Assembly: GCF_048593235.1 (NCBI RefSeq)
Contig: NC_133617.1
Coordinates: 560,646,958 to 560,710,957, forward strand
Direction: 5' to 3'
From: Sminthopsis crassicaudata
Lineage: Eukaryota
Length of the DNA: 64,000 nt
Shown one piece after another: positions 63,810 to 64,000 of the stretch (the stretch's first letter is position 1; each line of letters begins with the position of its first letter). The notes under the pieces were generated by a model. The model was not told where the DNA came from. It saw nothing but the letters and a program-made list of their open reading frames with translations, and did not search any database. A program made the translations under genes and the position numbers.

Positions 63810-64000
63810 GGCAGTTGATTATGTCAGGTCTGATGTCAGAAACATCCATCTTCTTCAGTCTAAATCTAACCTTAGATACTTACTAGCTATGATCATTGGG
63901 CAAGTCATTTAACCTCATTTGTTTTAGTTTCCTCAACTACAAAGTGAACTGGAAAAAAAAACAACAAATAACTCTAGTTTCTTTGCCCAAAAGAGCCCAA
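63810..64000 (+). mobile_element. Mar1-type CORE-SINE (runs off window)
   Basis: ttagatacttactagctatgatcattgggcaagtcatttaacctc...ctctagtttctttgccca. Confidence 0.65.

Noticed and set aside
1-64000. CRISPR arrays, operons, tRNA/rRNA/snRNA genes, CpG island
   Set aside because: Mammalian DNA with no regularly spaced repeat-spacer array; tRNA-like boxes are SINE heads; CpGs are sparse throughout.

Overview
AT-rich, CpG-depleted marsupial genomic DNA, most likely from a dasyurid such as the Tasmanian devil. That assignment is inferred from WSINE1-type and Mar1-type CORE-SINEs, marsupial L1 3' ends and RTE relics. Three N gaps indicate a draft assembly. Much of the window is decayed interspersed repeat: L1 (two multi-kb copies, one ORF1-bearing half-L1-like copy and several 3' ends), L2, MIR/Mar1/WSINE1, CR1/L3, RTE, one solo LTR and one hAT MITE, plus microsatellites. 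I found no recognisable protein-coding gene, structural RNA gene, CpG island or CRISPR array. Nearly all ORFs in the supplied track come from repeats, microsatellites or N gaps. The most interesting unexplained signal is a set of short minus-strand exon-like segments in unique sequence (47502-47587, 32511-32539, 6343-6384, 5794-5833) that splice into one open frame. Associated with them are a tandem 11-bp array of splice-donor motifs, a possible mutually exclusive exon and two possible alternative last exons. This suggests the window lies within introns of a large minus-strand gene, but I could not name the protein and the model is only a hypothesis. Other points of note are a 200-bp ~97%-identical local duplication and several nested insertions with target-site duplications. 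I cannot support a claim of a new biological system. Repeat family names come from recalled consensus similarity, not a database search, and repeat boundaries are approximate.
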